A stretch of DNA of 64,000 nucleotides from a virus. Made by a program: the position numbers and the translations under genes. Numbering within the stretch: position 1 is the stretch's first letter; every line of letters starts with the position of its first letter. The notes beneath the pieces are model-generated. The model was not told where the DNA came from, made no database searches, and saw only the letters and a list, made by a program, of their open reading frames with translations. Location: IMG/VR virus record IMGVR_UViG_3300031234_000818. The stretch is one strand, 5' to 3'. Shown here piece by piece: positions 18,201 to 28,899 of the stretch.

Positions 18201-18794
18201 TGAGGTTCTTGGCCTCCAGGATGCCGACGTAGCGCCGGGCGCTCGTGTCGGTCATCTCGGCGATGTAGAAGACGGCGCCGTCGGAGAAGACCTCCGCGTG
18301 GCAGAGAACTGCGTCTGTGTGTGAGGTCACTTGGTGCTCGCTCGGTTGGGGAAGCGGACGTTCTGGGTGAGGCGATAGGCCTCGTCTTCGTCGACCTTGC
18401 GTCCAAGCTCGATGAACAGCGCCTGGAGCTGGCGTCGTAGATGTGCGCCCAGGATCTTGATCTGCGAGCGCGGGCGTTCTCCGTCGGCGGCGAGGTTCTC
18501 GGGGGACAGGCGCGAGTAGGTGCTGGCGATGTCGAGGAGGATGTCCATGTCCGGCCGGATGGGTCGTGCCTGGAGCTTCGTCATCACCGGGCTGCTCTCC
18601 GGCGCCGTGGAGCAGAGCGTGTGCGGGACCGTCCACATCGTGCCGATCTCGTGGCCACCGCGTTCTTCGAGCTGCTTGATGCGGTAGGAGCGCGGGTTCA
18701 CTTTGGTGATTTCGCCGCGGGTCTTCTCGCCGTTGGGTCGGCCGAAGTAGACCGAGGAACCGACCGAAAAGAGCCTGGTGGAAGAGTCGTCCAT
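15252..18794 (-). other. Leftward cluster of hypothetical genes (e.g. 16033-16290, 16654-16977, 16955-17395, 17398-18330, 18327-18794)
   Basis: Abutting or overlapping minus-strand ORFs with natural protein composition; no recognised domains. Confidence 0.6.
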
Positions 18795-18801
18795 GAGCCT
18801 T

Positions 18802-18830
18802 GTTATACGGTCGGTATAACACGTGCGCAA
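18802..18830 (-). promoter_or_regulatory. Sigma70-like promoter TTGCGC-N17-TATAAC
   Basis: -35 at 18825-18830, -10 at 18802-18807; ATG 7 nt downstream. Confidence 0.7.
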
Positions 18831-19359
18831 GTACATTTCGACGGGTCAGGAATCCCGCGTGTTTTCGGGACTATGGGTGTGCGTCGCGTGGACATGGGGC
18901 CCGGTTTCCGGTAGGAATGTGGGGCATGGTCCACGTTGCTTTTCCCGACGTCCCCATCCTCCGCGCGCGCCTGGCGGGCGCGGAGGAAAGGCTGCGACCG
19001 TGGACAAGCGAGAGGATCGAAGGGACCGGACGGTCCGGTACGGGGAGCGTGCGCGTCGGGAGCATCTGCGGCTAGTCCATCCCAGCGGGGTGGTCGACTG
19101 CGTCTGCGAGCGGAGCGCGTGGTTCTTCGCGAAGGGGAAGTCGGTGGGGTGCCGCTGTCGTCGAGTCGGTCGGCGCACGGGACCGAAGGTGGCCGGATCG
19201 CTGTGCCATGGCGGCGGCTACCACCCCTGTGTGCGTGAGCGCATCGAGGGCAAGCGCCTGACGAAAGGGTGGCTGGTGGCCCTTCGTGGTGAGGCGCCGG
19301 ACGAGGTGGAGTTGTAAGCCGACGGGCGGCCCGTGGTACTCTCGAAGTGCGAGGAGCCC

Positions 19360-19773
19360 ATGGTGGATCTCTACAAGGTGGCGGAGCGCGTTGCTCGCTC
19401 GATGAGCGGACCGAAGCCGTACTTCGAGGAGCGCCAGATGGCTGGCGGCATCGGGCTGTGGTTCGACACGTACCCGGCGGTGCTGCTGGTCGAGCGCCTG
19501 CGGAGCGGCCGGTACCTGGTGCAGTTCTCGTGGTCGTACAACACGGCGTTCGACGAGAAGGAGAGCGCCGAGGTCGAGCTGGGCTCCTACAAGACGGCTC
19601 TCGCGGCCGTCACGCACGCGATGGCGGCCGCGAAGATGTCGGCGCAGGAGATCCGCCAGCTCTTCGAGCATCGGCCGAAGGCGCGGCCCGGGCGTTCTCG
19701 GCGGGAGCACCCATGGCGGAGTTCGGACGAGGCGCTGGTCTCGGTCCGGCACCACGGCGACACTCGCGGGTGA
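19360..19773 (+). CDS. Hypothetical protein
   Basis: gaggag RBS, ATG 19360. Confidence 0.6.
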   Translation: MVDLYKVAERVARSMSGPKPYFEERQMAGGIGLWFDTYPAVLLVERLRSGRYLVQFSWSYNTAFDEKESAEVELGSYKTALAAVTHAMAAAKMSAQEIRQLFEHRPKARPGRSRREHPWRSSDEALVSVRHHGDTRG

Positions 19774-19792
19774 CGGTCGACTTCTGGGCTCT

Positions 19793-20305
19793 CTAGGCGC
19801 GCGCGCGTCGGTCGGCGCTTGGCTTGGTGCCCCAGTAGGCCTTGGCGAAGTCCTCTCGCGTGGGTCGGTACTCCGGGTAGTACTGGTGAATGAGGTGTAC
19901 GCCTGCGTGGTCCCGGGAGTGCTTGATCGGATCGCGGTTGGAGTCGCTGATCATCGAAGAGGCGTTCCACTGCTCTGCCGTGGCGCTCGGGTTTCTGTAC
20001 ATGCCTCGGAAGTAGCCAAGCACCTGGTGAATCCAGTCCTGGATCTCGGGCGAGTGGAGCGGCGGCCGTTCCTTCTTCCACGCGTTCAGCAGCGCTCGTG
20101 CGGCGGCGCGTGTGGAGCCGTCCAGCCAGCTGGCCTCCTTGGCCGCGTAGGTCAGCGACATGGAGCCGCGATTCTCGGGTCGACGTCGGAGATCGGTCTC
20201 GACCGAGAAGTGGTGGGTCGGGTACCCGGGCGGATCGAGAAAGCTCCCGGTGCTGCCCTTGACGATGCGGCCTTTCTCTGTGCCCATGGCTTGTGAGAAT
20301 ACCAT
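19793..20305 (-). CDS. Hypothetical protein
   Basis: 170-aa ORF packed in a leftward operon. Confidence 0.6.
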   Translation of the reverse strand: MVFSQAMGTEKGRIVKGSTGSFLDPPGYPTHHFSVETDLRRRPENRGSMSLTYAAKEASWLDGSTRAAARALLNAWKKERPPLHSPEIQDWIHQVLGYFRGMYRNPSATAEQWNASSMISDSNRDPIKHSRDHAGVHLIHQYYPEYRPTREDFAKAYWGTKPSADRRARA

Positions 20306-20308
20306 CGA

Positions 20309-20923
20309 TCACTTGTCTCCGTGCGTGGGTTGCGGTTCTGTCGAGCCTGGCCGTGCGAGTTTCTCCGTTTCGGCGCGCAGCGTGGCCACGACGGCGACGT
20401 GGGTCTGGCGATGCCCTGGTGTGGGCAGCTGCCAGTCTCTGGCAGCCTGGTAGCGGGCGGTCTCGGGCGAGGGATGCGGGCGGTAGAGGAGCTGTCCTCC
20501 CTGGGGCAGAGCGAGGCTCACGGACCATGCGCCCATCAGGGGGCCGTCGGTGCGTCCGCAGATGCCGTGCGGCACGATGATGCCCTTGTGGGGGCGGTGC
20601 ATCTGCCTGGCGGAGAGATCCAGGAGGAAGTGTTCCCGTCCGGTCTTGCCCACGATGACCAGGTGCCCTGACAGCCCGGGCCCGGGGGATTGGGCGTCGA
20701 TCGCGACGGCCCACGCCCGACCCGGCGTGCGGTCGCCTGCGGCCCACGGTGCGTTGAACGCCTCCGCTTCGCAGAGCGTGGGGCGAGCCTTGATCTTCCA
20801 GCTGGCGAGCACCTCCAGCCCGGCGCGTGTCGCGGCGACGCAGCAGTCTGGGCGCAAGCCGTGCGCCTCGAACACGGTGGGCGCGATGCGTGCGAGGACG
20901 GCCAGCAGGCGAGGTGTGTTCAC
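20309..20923 (-). CDS. Hypothetical protein
   Basis: 204-aa ORF; start overlaps the upstream stop. Confidence 0.65.
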   Translation of the reverse strand: MNTPRLLAVLARIAPTVFEAHGLRPDCCVAATRAGLEVLASWKIKARPTLCEAEAFNAPWAAGDRTPGRAWAVAIDAQSPGPGLSGHLVIVGKTGREHFLLDLSARQMHRPHKGIIVPHGICGRTDGPLMGAWSVSLALPQGGQLLYRPHPSPETARYQAARDWQLPTPGHRQTHVAVVATLRAETEKLARPGSTEPQPTHGDK

Positions 20924-21948
20924 GGGGCTTCGGGCTCGTGACCGACGCGGTAGGTGTGGACGAGGATGGGCGCTTCGATGGGGCCACGCCAGTAGGGCTT
21001 GATCCAGATGTGCTTCCGGCCGGTCCGTCCGACGCCGCAGACCTGGTGCGTGTAGTGGCCGCGGACGAGGTGCTGGACGGACGGCGCGCCGTGCCGGCGC
21101 CCCTCGACGTAGTCGCGGACGGCGGGTCGGCAGTCGACGTCGATGGGCCCGCCCAGCAGGAACGTGCGGTGGTTTGGGGGGCCATCACGGCGCTTGCTCG
21201 TCGGCGCGACCGGCCGATCGGTGGCGCCGCCAAACTTCGGGTGCGCCTGCAGCATGATGAGGAGACCCAGCACATAGCGCTGCGCCAGGACGAGGATGCG
21301 GGCGGCGGCGTCCTTGAGATCGGGCCCCAGGGGTTCGCGGCCGTGGTCGCCGATGGAGAGGCTGTTGTCAGAGTCGGCATCGGCTGTCAGGAGCGCGTGG
21401 AGCGACGCGTTGTACACATGGAGGCGAGCCGCGTCATTGGAGTGCGGGTACAGCTCCATGACCCACACGACGGGCGGATCGTCATCGTCGTGGGTCTTCT
21501 TCCCGGGCGTGGGAACGATCATGGAGGTGGGGACGACGCGCCGGGAGATCATGATCCGGTCGATGGGCTTGCCGTCGATGTGAAGGAGGCCGTCGGGCAC
21601 GATGCACCGGAAGGCGAGCCACGGGACGTGGATGTCTTCCATCGAGTCGACGTGCGCGCGGGTCGACATGAGCGCGGCGGCATATTTGTGACCCGCCATC
21701 AGGCTGGGGTAGCCGTAGTGGGCCCACTGCGCGGCGGTGAGGCCGGCGATGCTGGCGGTCTCGACCTGATGGAGAGGCATGCCGGCCTTGATGAACGTTC
21801 CGAAGAGGTGCCGCCGTGCGCTGACGATGTCCTCGGTCTTCGCGAAGGTGTGCGGCCAGAGGCGCATGCCCAAGAGGGCGAGTTCGTCGTCGGTGGCGCT
21901 GGAGGCGTCCGGCAAGTAGACGACGGTGGGGGCCTGGGAGTCGGTCAC
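20920..21948 (-). CDS. Hypothetical phage protein
   Basis: GTG 21948; C-terminal HLVRGH...W..PYWRG motif of a type common in phage proteins. Confidence 0.65.
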   Translation of the reverse strand: MTDSQAPTVVYLPDASSATDDELALLGMRLWPHTFAKTEDIVSARRHLFGTFIKAGMPLHQVETASIAGLTAAQWAHYGYPSLMAGHKYAAALMSTRAHVDSMEDIHVPWLAFRCIVPDGLLHIDGKPIDRIMISRRVVPTSMIVPTPGKKTHDDDDPPVVWVMELYPHSNDAARLHVYNASLHALLTADADSDNSLSIGDHGREPLGPDLKDAAARILVLAQRYVLGLLIMLQAHPKFGGATDRPVAPTSKRRDGPPNHRTFLLGGPIDVDCRPAVRDYVEGRRHGAPSVQHLVRGHYTHQVCGVGRTGRKHIWIKPYWRGPIEAPILVHTYRVGHEPEAP

Positions 21949-22384
21949 GGGACGCTCCCTTCGGTCACCGGCACGGACAGATCGCCGATGTGGATCCACG
22001 CGTCGATGCCGCGCGCGGCGTTGACGATGCGGGCGTGGTAGCCGGCGGCGACGGCCACTGTGCAGCGAACGCCGGTGCCGTGGGCGAGGGCGCCCTCTCG
22101 CTCCTCGACGGGGCAGAAACGGGCGTAGGGGGCGAGGACGACCATCCCCTCGTCCACGAAGCGAACCGGCTCGAACTTGCGCCTGTCCATCACCAGGCCC
22201 TCCCGCCACGCGTAGGCGTGTGCTCGACCTGGCTGGGGAGCACCAAGATGAACATGCATCGAAGGCCGCCGGGCGTCATGTGCGGCTTGAGGTAGCCCTT
22301 CTTCGTGATGGCCACGCGCTCACGACCGCATCCTTTGCACTTGATGTGGGCGGGCGTCACTCTCGCAGTGGGTCGCATGCACAT

Positions 22385-22413
22385 GTTATACAACACGTCA
22401 TACACGCGCGCAA
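22385..22413 (-). promoter_or_regulatory. Sigma70-like promoter TTGCGC-N17-TATAAC (copy 2)
   Basis: -35 at 22408-22413, -10 at 22385-22390; ATG at 22378. Confidence 0.7.
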
Positions 22414-22459
22414 GTACGTGCCTGCAGGGCCCGCTTGGGTGGCCTTGGCGATTTACAAC

Positions 22460-22488
22460 TTGACGCAACTTGCAGCAAGTTGCATGCT
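22460..22488 (+). promoter_or_regulatory. Promoter with a perfect 19-bp palindrome across the spacer
   Basis: TTGACG-N17-CATGCT; GCAACTTGC-A-GCAAGTTGC at 22465-22483. Confidence 0.6.
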
Positions 22489-22495
22489 TCCTCCC

Positions 22496-22573
22496 GACCC
22501 TCGTAGCTCAGTTGGATAGAGCGCCAGTTTCGGAACTGGAGGCCAGCCGTTCGAATCGGTTCGATGGGTCCCA
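22496..22573 (+). tRNA. Non-canonical tRNA-Arg-like gene (6-nt anticodon loop, bulged acceptor stem)
   Basis: D arm gctc-agttggata-gagc; ccagt-TTCGGA-actgg; T arm agccg-ttcgaat-cggtt; ends ...gggtc-CCA. Confidence 0.7.
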
Positions 22574-22597
22574 CGCATCAACGACCTGGGAGAGAAC

Positions 22598-24220
22598 ATG
22601 CAGACGGCGTCCACCACGGCGTTCGAGTCACGCGAAGACGACGACTACGCGGCGTTGCTCAAGCACATGCACGAGGCGGCGCTGATGACGTCGCATCCCC
22701 TCTTCACGACCGACGCCCAGGGCCTCTACGATCTCTTCCTGGCGTCGTTGCCCGTCGACCGTCGGTCGCACTACGTCTGCCGCACGTGCCGGCACTTCGT
22801 CGAGCGTTTCGGGGGTCTTGTGGCGATCGATGAGTCGGGCACGGCGACGTCGCCGCTCTGGGACGGGTGGGTGCTGCCGCCGTTCTTTTCGGAGGCGGTA
22901 CGCGCGCTGTCGCGCGCGGTCAGCAAGGCGCGCGTGACCGGGGTCTTTCTGACGGCCGACGACGTCCTCGGCAACCCGTCGAACGCGAGCCCGAAGAGCC
23001 CCACGGGGACGTGGCGTCACATGCACACGGTGGTGCAGCCGAAGACGAAGAAGAGCGCGCTCTTGACGGCCGACCAGATGGCCGCGGAGAAGCGTGAGGA
23101 CTACGGCACGCTGTGTCGAGGGCTCGCGGAATACCCGGCAGATCTGGTGCGCCGTGCCCACGCGCTCCTGACGACCGGTGGTCTCTACCGCTCGGAGAAG
23201 TGCATCGGGACGGCGAAGTGGCTGCTCGACCTGCACGAGTCGCGGGAGGCGACGAAGCACGCGCGGTCCCGCGAGCACATCACGTGGAGGACCGTCGCGC
23301 TGGCGCCGCCGGGGTTCTGCCACGTGCGCTCGACGATGATCGGGACGCTCCTCGAAGACCTCGCGAACGGGAAGGAGTTCGAGGAGATCAAGCGGTCGTT
23401 CGACGGCAAGATGCACCCGCTCCAGTACCAGCGTCCGCAGGCGCCGCCGACCGACGGGCAGCTCGCTGCGGCCGAGAAGGTCATCGAGAAGCTGGCCTCG
23501 GCGGGCTCGCTCGCGCGCCGGTTCGCCACGCTGGCGGACATCGCCGATGACGCGGTGTGGATGCCGAAGGAGCCGACCGTGGAGAAGGCCGGCGGCAGCG
23601 TCTTCGGGCACCTGAAGTCGGGTCGCGAAGAGGCTCCGCTCGACGTTCCGGTGCAGATCATCACGTGGGACAAATTCTGGCGGACGGTGCTTCCCCAGGC
23701 GGAGCGCATCGAGTGCCTGGTGCCCGGCCACGGGAATTTCTTCGCCTTCGTGACGGCGGCCAATCTCGATGCTCCGCCCATCCTCCAGTGGGACAGCGAG
23801 GCCTCGCGCAACCCGGTGAGCTGGTACGTGCACGCGAGCCGCGACCGTCAGCAGACCGGGTCGCCCGCGGCGGTGTGGGGGCTGTCTGCCGGGCAGTTCG
23901 TGCCGGTGGCAGCCATCACGACGCAGCCGTCCTCGTGGGGAGGCGGCGGCGACCACGGCGGCAACGGAGTCTACATCGTGATCGACGGTGCCCGCGAGAG
24001 TCAGAATTGCGGCCTCTGCCTCTTCCCCGAGATCCTGAAGTCCGAGTACCACGGCATCCGTGCCGCCATGGAGGCCTACTCGCGGTCGCGCGCCATTGAG
24101 GTGGTCGGCGTTCCCGCGTGTGGGCTGGCGCTCCAGAAGAGTGGAGGCCTGTGGGACGGCACCCTGCGCGTCACGTCCAAGGGTACCCGCGTCGTCTACA
24201 AGCTCGACAGGTGGGACTGA
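22598..24220 (+). CDS. Large hypothetical phage protein (540 aa)
   Basis: ggaga RBS; strong GC3 bias; H-Y-x-C-x2-C motif. Confidence 0.8.
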   Translation: MQTASTTAFESREDDDYAALLKHMHEAALMTSHPLFTTDAQGLYDLFLASLPVDRRSHYVCRTCRHFVERFGGLVAIDESGTATSPLWDGWVLPPFFSEAVRALSRAVSKARVTGVFLTADDVLGNPSNASPKSPTGTWRHMHTVVQPKTKKSALLTADQMAAEKREDYGTLCRGLAEYPADLVRRAHALLTTGGLYRSEKCIGTAKWLLDLHESREATKHARSREHITWRTVALAPPGFCHVRSTMIGTLLEDLANGKEFEEIKRSFDGKMHPLQYQRPQAPPTDGQLAAAEKVIEKLASAGSLARRFATLADIADDAVWMPKEPTVEKAGGSVFGHLKSGREEAPLDVPVQIITWDKFWRTVLPQAERIECLVPGHGNFFAFVTAANLDAPPILQWDSEASRNPVSWYVHASRDRQQTGSPAAVWGLSAGQFVPVAAITTQPSSWGGGGDHGGNGVYIVIDGARESQNCGLCLFPEILKSEYHGIRAAMEAYSRSRAIEVVGVPACGLALQKSGGLWDGTLRVTSKGTRVVYKLDRWD

Positions 24221-24390
24221 TGGATCTCGACCGGCCAACGATCATGCGGATCGCGCTGGAGGCGCAGCTCGATCCGCGCACCGTGAAGCGCGCCATCGAG
24301 CACGGCATCGAATCCATGCAGAGCGCCTACTCGAAGGCGCGCCTACGCATCGCGCTGAAGAACATGAAGCGCGAGGATCTCATCAAGTAG
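24220..24390 (+). CDS. Small HTH-like protein
   Basis: MRIALEAQLDPRTVKRAI resembles an HTH. Confidence 0.5.
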   Translation: MDLDRPTIMRIALEAQLDPRTVKRAIEHGIESMQSAYSKARLRIALKNMKREDLIK

Positions 24391-24413
24391 AACGTCATGT
24401 ACGATAGGACGAC

Positions 24414-24716
24414 ATGAAGAACGAGTCCGCTCCGACCCGCACCTGGAAGCGGCCTGGCCGCAAGGAGATCAGCCAGTGGTTGGACGGGTGGGTCGAGCGC
24501 TACCGAACGCTGGGCGATCCGTTCGCGATCTCGCCGGAGAAGCTCTTCATGATCGTCTGTTCCAACATCGGCTGGTGCTGGGACGTCGACGATGTGGGTC
24601 GCGCCCCGGATCCGGCGTACGGAAAGAAGGGAAGCGCCATCGGGGGCTTCTACAACTTTCTGGAGGAGACGATGGCGGCCAAGAAGCGCAAGCGGGAGCA
24701 ACATGCCCGAGACTGA
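24414..24716 (+). CDS. Hypothetical protein
   Basis: agga RBS; 100 aa. Confidence 0.6.
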   Translation: MKNESAPTRTWKRPGRKEISQWLDGWVERYRTLGDPFAISPEKLFMIVCSNIGWCWDVDDVGRAPDPAYGKKGSAIGGFYNFLEETMAAKKRKREQHARD

Positions 24717-24926
24717 GGCTGACGGGCTGCGCGGACCCGTGATCGTGTGGGGCGCGCCCGACCTTTACGCGATCGGTTGTGCGGTCAAGGCTCGCGCGGC
24801 GTCCGTGGCGTACGCGGGCGGTCTGGATCTCGGAATCGTCGTCGCGTACGTGGCTGCGGCGGCGTTTCACCAGGCGCACTGGATGTACTGGAGGCCGCGG
24901 TCGACGGTGTGGCCGTACGCGTGAGC

Positions 24927-25298
24927 CTAGCGCGGCAGCTGGGCTCGCCGCGCGAGGTTCTTGGCAGTGCCGCTCTTCTCGCGACCGGCTCGGACCCAGG
25001 CGATGTCGGTGGTGGAGGCTTTGGTCATGGCCTTGTCGCGGTCGCCGTCGGAGAGGTACCCGCCGACCTTGGGGAAGCCCGCGTTGTTTCGAGGCGTCGT
25101 GAGCATGTGGTAGACCGTCACGTGCGGGTAGAGGGCCGCCTTGAGGTAGCGCTGCGCCATGGTGTCGGCGCCGCTGGCGTCCCCGACGATGAAGGAAGCG
25201 CCCTCCTGGATGGCCGCGCGGATCTTCGGGACGTAGTGTTCCTCGAACTCTTCGCTGGTGAGGTCCAGGTGGCCCGAGACAAACGCGACGGTCGTCAT
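24927..25298 (-). CDS. SLOG-like (YspA-type) Rossmannoid protein
   Basis: VAFVSGH, FIVGDASGADTMAQ, RDKAM..AS, GTAKN. Confidence 0.6.
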   Translation of the reverse strand: MTTVAFVSGHLDLTSEEFEEHYVPKIRAAIQEGASFIVGDASGADTMAQRYLKAALYPHVTVYHMLTTPRNNAGFPKVGGYLSDGDRDKAMTKASTTDIAWVRAGREKSGTAKNLARRAQLPR

Positions 25299-25557
25299 TG
25301 TTGGTCCCGTGCTTCTCCGGTTCATACACTTGCCCAGCCGCTAGCCGCAAGCGCATCGCGGCCCGCGTCGGTAAGCGTCAGTGTCGTACCGCGCCGGGAT
25401 GACACTCGTTCGACCCAGCCGGCTCCCGCAAGTCGGCGGCCCATGCCGCGGCTGCAACAACAGTCACGCTCGCCGATCCGAGCGTTCCCAACAAGAGCGA
25501 CACGCCGCAAGATGACAAGCTGCTTCGCTGTTGGCGTCATTGGTTCCACTGGGTGTG

Positions 25558-26586
25558 TCAATCGGCGTCCGTCGACCAGAGGCTCTCCGCGTCGTAGCCC
25601 AGGAGCGCGTGCGCGGTGGCGTTCAGGTAGCCTTCCGCTCGGCCGTACGTGAGCCACGCGTTGGCGACGGTCGCAGCGTTCCCGCTGTCCGGCGGGAAGG
25701 CGAGCGGCACGCGGTGTCCCACCCATGCCGTAGCTTCGGGCGTCCGCGAGACGCGCGTGATGCGCCGCAGCTCCGAGGCGGCGTGTTGCCACGCGCCGTA
25801 GTTCATGACGAGTGAGAAGAGCGTCGAGATGAAGACGGCGCCCTCGTGCTCGTTGGCAGGCTCGATGTCCTTGCCCGCGTAGAACGCCTGGAGGAAGCGA
25901 CGGCCGATGGCCGTGCGGTCCTCGAAAGAGAGCGAGGTCCCGTCGGTGTGGACGATGGTGCTCTTCAGGACGTACTCGTCGCGTCCGTGCTTGACGCACC
26001 GAGGTGCTCTGTAGTGCGAGTAGTTGGTGGTCATGACGCCGGCCTCGCCGCAGAAGTCGCTGGTCGTCCCGCTTTCGTCGTTACGGTCGCGGGCTGTGCA
26101 ACGCCCTGACTCGACGAGGGAGCGTTCGCGCTGCTTGGAGTCCTCTTGCTTTGCCTTCCAGTCCTTCTCCGCCTGGGCGTCTGCGGCGTAGGGCTCGGCC
26201 TCGCCGATCTCCTCGCGCGATAGCGCCATGTACTCGCCCACGCGGGGCGGGATCGTGAAGGTACCGAAGAGCGTTCGCAGGCAGGCTTCGCAGATCGAGA
26301 AGCGGTATGTTCTCGTATCCGAGAGGTGAGGAGAGCTGTAGCCGCCTTCGACCTTTGCTTCGACGAGGCCGTGCGGGACGTCGTGGTTCATGTCCGTCGT
26401 CGGGCAGAGTCCTCCGCCGCAGCGGTTGCACCTCCAGCTCTCGCGCGTGCGCCGGATGCCCTTCCCGTCGCAGTTGCGGCAGGCGAGGGCTTCGGCGTAG
26501 CGCCCCGCGGCGCGGTCCTCCTTGCAGGTGCCGCAAGCCTGGTGCATGGGGGCGTCGTCGACCGCGCCTGCCACATCGCTCGTCAT
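25558..26586 (-). CDS. Hypothetical Cys-rich protein
   Basis: Multiple CxxC motifs; 342 aa. Confidence 0.65.
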   Translation of the reverse strand: MTSDVAGAVDDAPMHQACGTCKEDRAAGRYAEALACRNCDGKGIRRTRESWRCNRCGGGLCPTTDMNHDVPHGLVEAKVEGGYSSPHLSDTRTYRFSICEACLRTLFGTFTIPPRVGEYMALSREEIGEAEPYAADAQAEKDWKAKQEDSKQRERSLVESGRCTARDRNDESGTTSDFCGEAGVMTTNYSHYRAPRCVKHGRDEYVLKSTIVHTDGTSLSFEDRTAIGRRFLQAFYAGKDIEPANEHEGAVFISTLFSLVMNYGAWQHAASELRRITRVSRTPEATAWVGHRVPLAFPPDSGNAATVANAWLTYGRAEGYLNATAHALLGYDAESLWSTDAD

Positions 26587-26898
26587 AGGTGGCCACTCTA
26601 GCAGCGGCCGTTGGGGACGTCACGCGTCGGCGTCAACCTGCGTGGCGCGTCGCTGGTTGTAGGCGCGCAGAAAGTAGCTGCCACGGACATCCTCGAAGGC
26701 CGCGAGCCTCGTCATCGGGCCAAGTCCGCAGGCTCTGCCCGACCGAAAGCGCCACCGGAACAGCGTGGAGTTGTTCCCGTAGTCGTCGCTGCCGAAGATC
26801 TCCGACATCACGGCATGGAAGCGGCGCCACCACGATGCGCGCGGCGCGCTCCATGGGGCGAGGGAGTGTTTGTTCATCCACGGCACCGTAGCACGCGC

Positions 26899-26927
26899 TT
26901 GCTGCGCTGTCCGACGTACGGTATAAC
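26899..26927 (+). promoter_or_regulatory. Sigma70-like promoter TTGCTG-N17-TATAAC
   Basis: -10 at 26922-26927; ATG at 26936. Confidence 0.6.
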
Positions 26928-26935
26928 GACAAGCC

Positions 26936-28899
26936 ATGGAGCCGAAGCCGACGGTCGCGTGTCTGGTGTGCGGTTGCGCGGTCAGGCTGATGCACTTCCG
27001 TGGGCGAGGTCCGGCATGCGGCTCGGTCTCGCTGGGCGGTGTGACGGTCCGGCTCCAGCGCAGCCAGGACGTCTCCGCGATGTGCGACCAGTGCTTCGCC
27101 TTCTGTCTGTCGTCGCCTCTGGCGCAGGCGTTCGTGTACGAGACGGGGGTGCGTTGGATCGGAATGTCGCGCGTGAGCTTCGGGCTCGTGGCGAGGTACG
27201 TAGGCGTCCCGGCGTTGCATCTCAAGAAGCTGCTCGTTCGATCGCGCCAGAACGAGCAGCGGCTCCAGCGCCGGAAGCGGAACGCCCACGACGTCGCGGT
27301 CGAGAAGGGCCGTGTTGAGCTGGCGAGGATCTGGCACGAGAAGAATCCGTGGGGCAGGTACGTGATCGGTACCGTGCCGTACATGCTGGGCATGTTCGCG
27401 TGGATGGGTCGGGCGGCGTAGGCGTGGGTGATGCGCGGGAGACGCTACATGACGGCCGACGTGCGCGGGGTGACGCCGGCCTTTCTCATGGCGTACATCG
27501 AGAAGTGCGCGCAAGGCGCGGACCCGCGTCAGCGCGTGGCGGACGACGCCTGGATCCATGGCGCTAGCGGCGTCCGTTGGCGCAAGGGCGACAAGCTCTA
27601 CTGCGACGACGGGACGGAGTTCTGCCCGCCGTGTGCGGAGAAGCGTCTGGCCGCGATCCTGAAGAGGTACCCGAAGTACAAGAACGAGCTGACGATCGGG
27701 ATCAGCAACTGCCAGGAGCACGATGGGCCGCCCCTCTGTTCGGTGTGCGGTACGAAGCTGATGTGCACGCTCACCGACTACGGCTTCGAGTCGGAGCTGG
27801 AGGCGCTGACGACGTACGCTGTGCCGACGACCGCGAACGAGTGGAAGTGGATGGCGGAGGTGCTCGACCACGTGAGGGCGACGGACGAGCCGCTGTCGTC
27901 GCTCGTCGAGCGGCCGATCCCGGAGGGTCACAAGCCCGGGTGGCATCACGTGCCCGGGGGGCTGGAGGCCACCATGCACAACCGGGCGGTCCGATCATGG
28001 CGCGCGGTCGCGAAGGCGATTCTGTGAAGCACACCAAGCACGTCAGTCGGGCCAGGGTGGTCATGTACGCCTTCGGAGAGGGCGTAAACGAGGCGAGTGG
28101 AATGCTCGACTGCGAGTGTGTTCTCGCGTCCGCGAAAGCCGCTGGTGTCATCATCAACTACGACGACGGGCGTGACCGTGATCCATGGTTCGAGGGGCCA
28201 CCGGGCGCGTCGCTGCGCGGTCTGCGTGATCAGTTCATCGCGGCGGGCTACAGACTGAAGAAGCTCGTCTGCAAGTGAAGGAGACGTGACGATGTCCGGG
28301 ACCATGACCGAGAGGCAACGACGAGAGGCTACGCAGCTGGTGCTCGTGTGGCTGGAGGAGACGTGCGGCGCCGATGTCGCCCATGACTGGTACTGGGAGC
28401 ACACGCCGCTACCTTGCGGGCTCCCTCTTGACGATCAGCTCGACCAGGGCCTTCAGTGGGCCGCGATGGGCCGGAAGGCCGCGCTGCCGCTCATGGCCAA
28501 CGACCGCGCGGCGTACCATCGGGAGATGGCGGAGATCATGGCGCACCGTGCACCTGCCGTGGTGGCCTGAGGCCCGATGACCCAACGACTCTAACTTCTT
28601 CGGGATGAACTTCTAAGGCGGTGGATGCGATGGAACGAACGGTCGTGAAGCCCCTGGATGAGAGCGAACTGCGTCGCATTCGTGTGCAGACGGAAGACCG
28701 CTCGCCCGAGCACACGGTGGTCCGTCTCTTGGCCACCTTGGACGAACGGCAAGCGCGTGTGGTCGCCTACCTTCGCGGATGGGAGGACGGTCCGGGCTTC
28801 GGCTACCCGGACGGGATGTGTGACGTCCTACGAACGGTCGCCGACCAGATCGAGCGAGGGGACCATCTGCGGGGGCGCTTGGTGAGGTCGCCGACATGA
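26936..28899 (+). other. Rightward cluster of hypothetical genes (26936-27421, 27428-28027, 28024-28278, 28286-28570, 28621-28899)
   Basis: Tightly packed ORFs downstream of a promoter. Confidence 0.6.
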
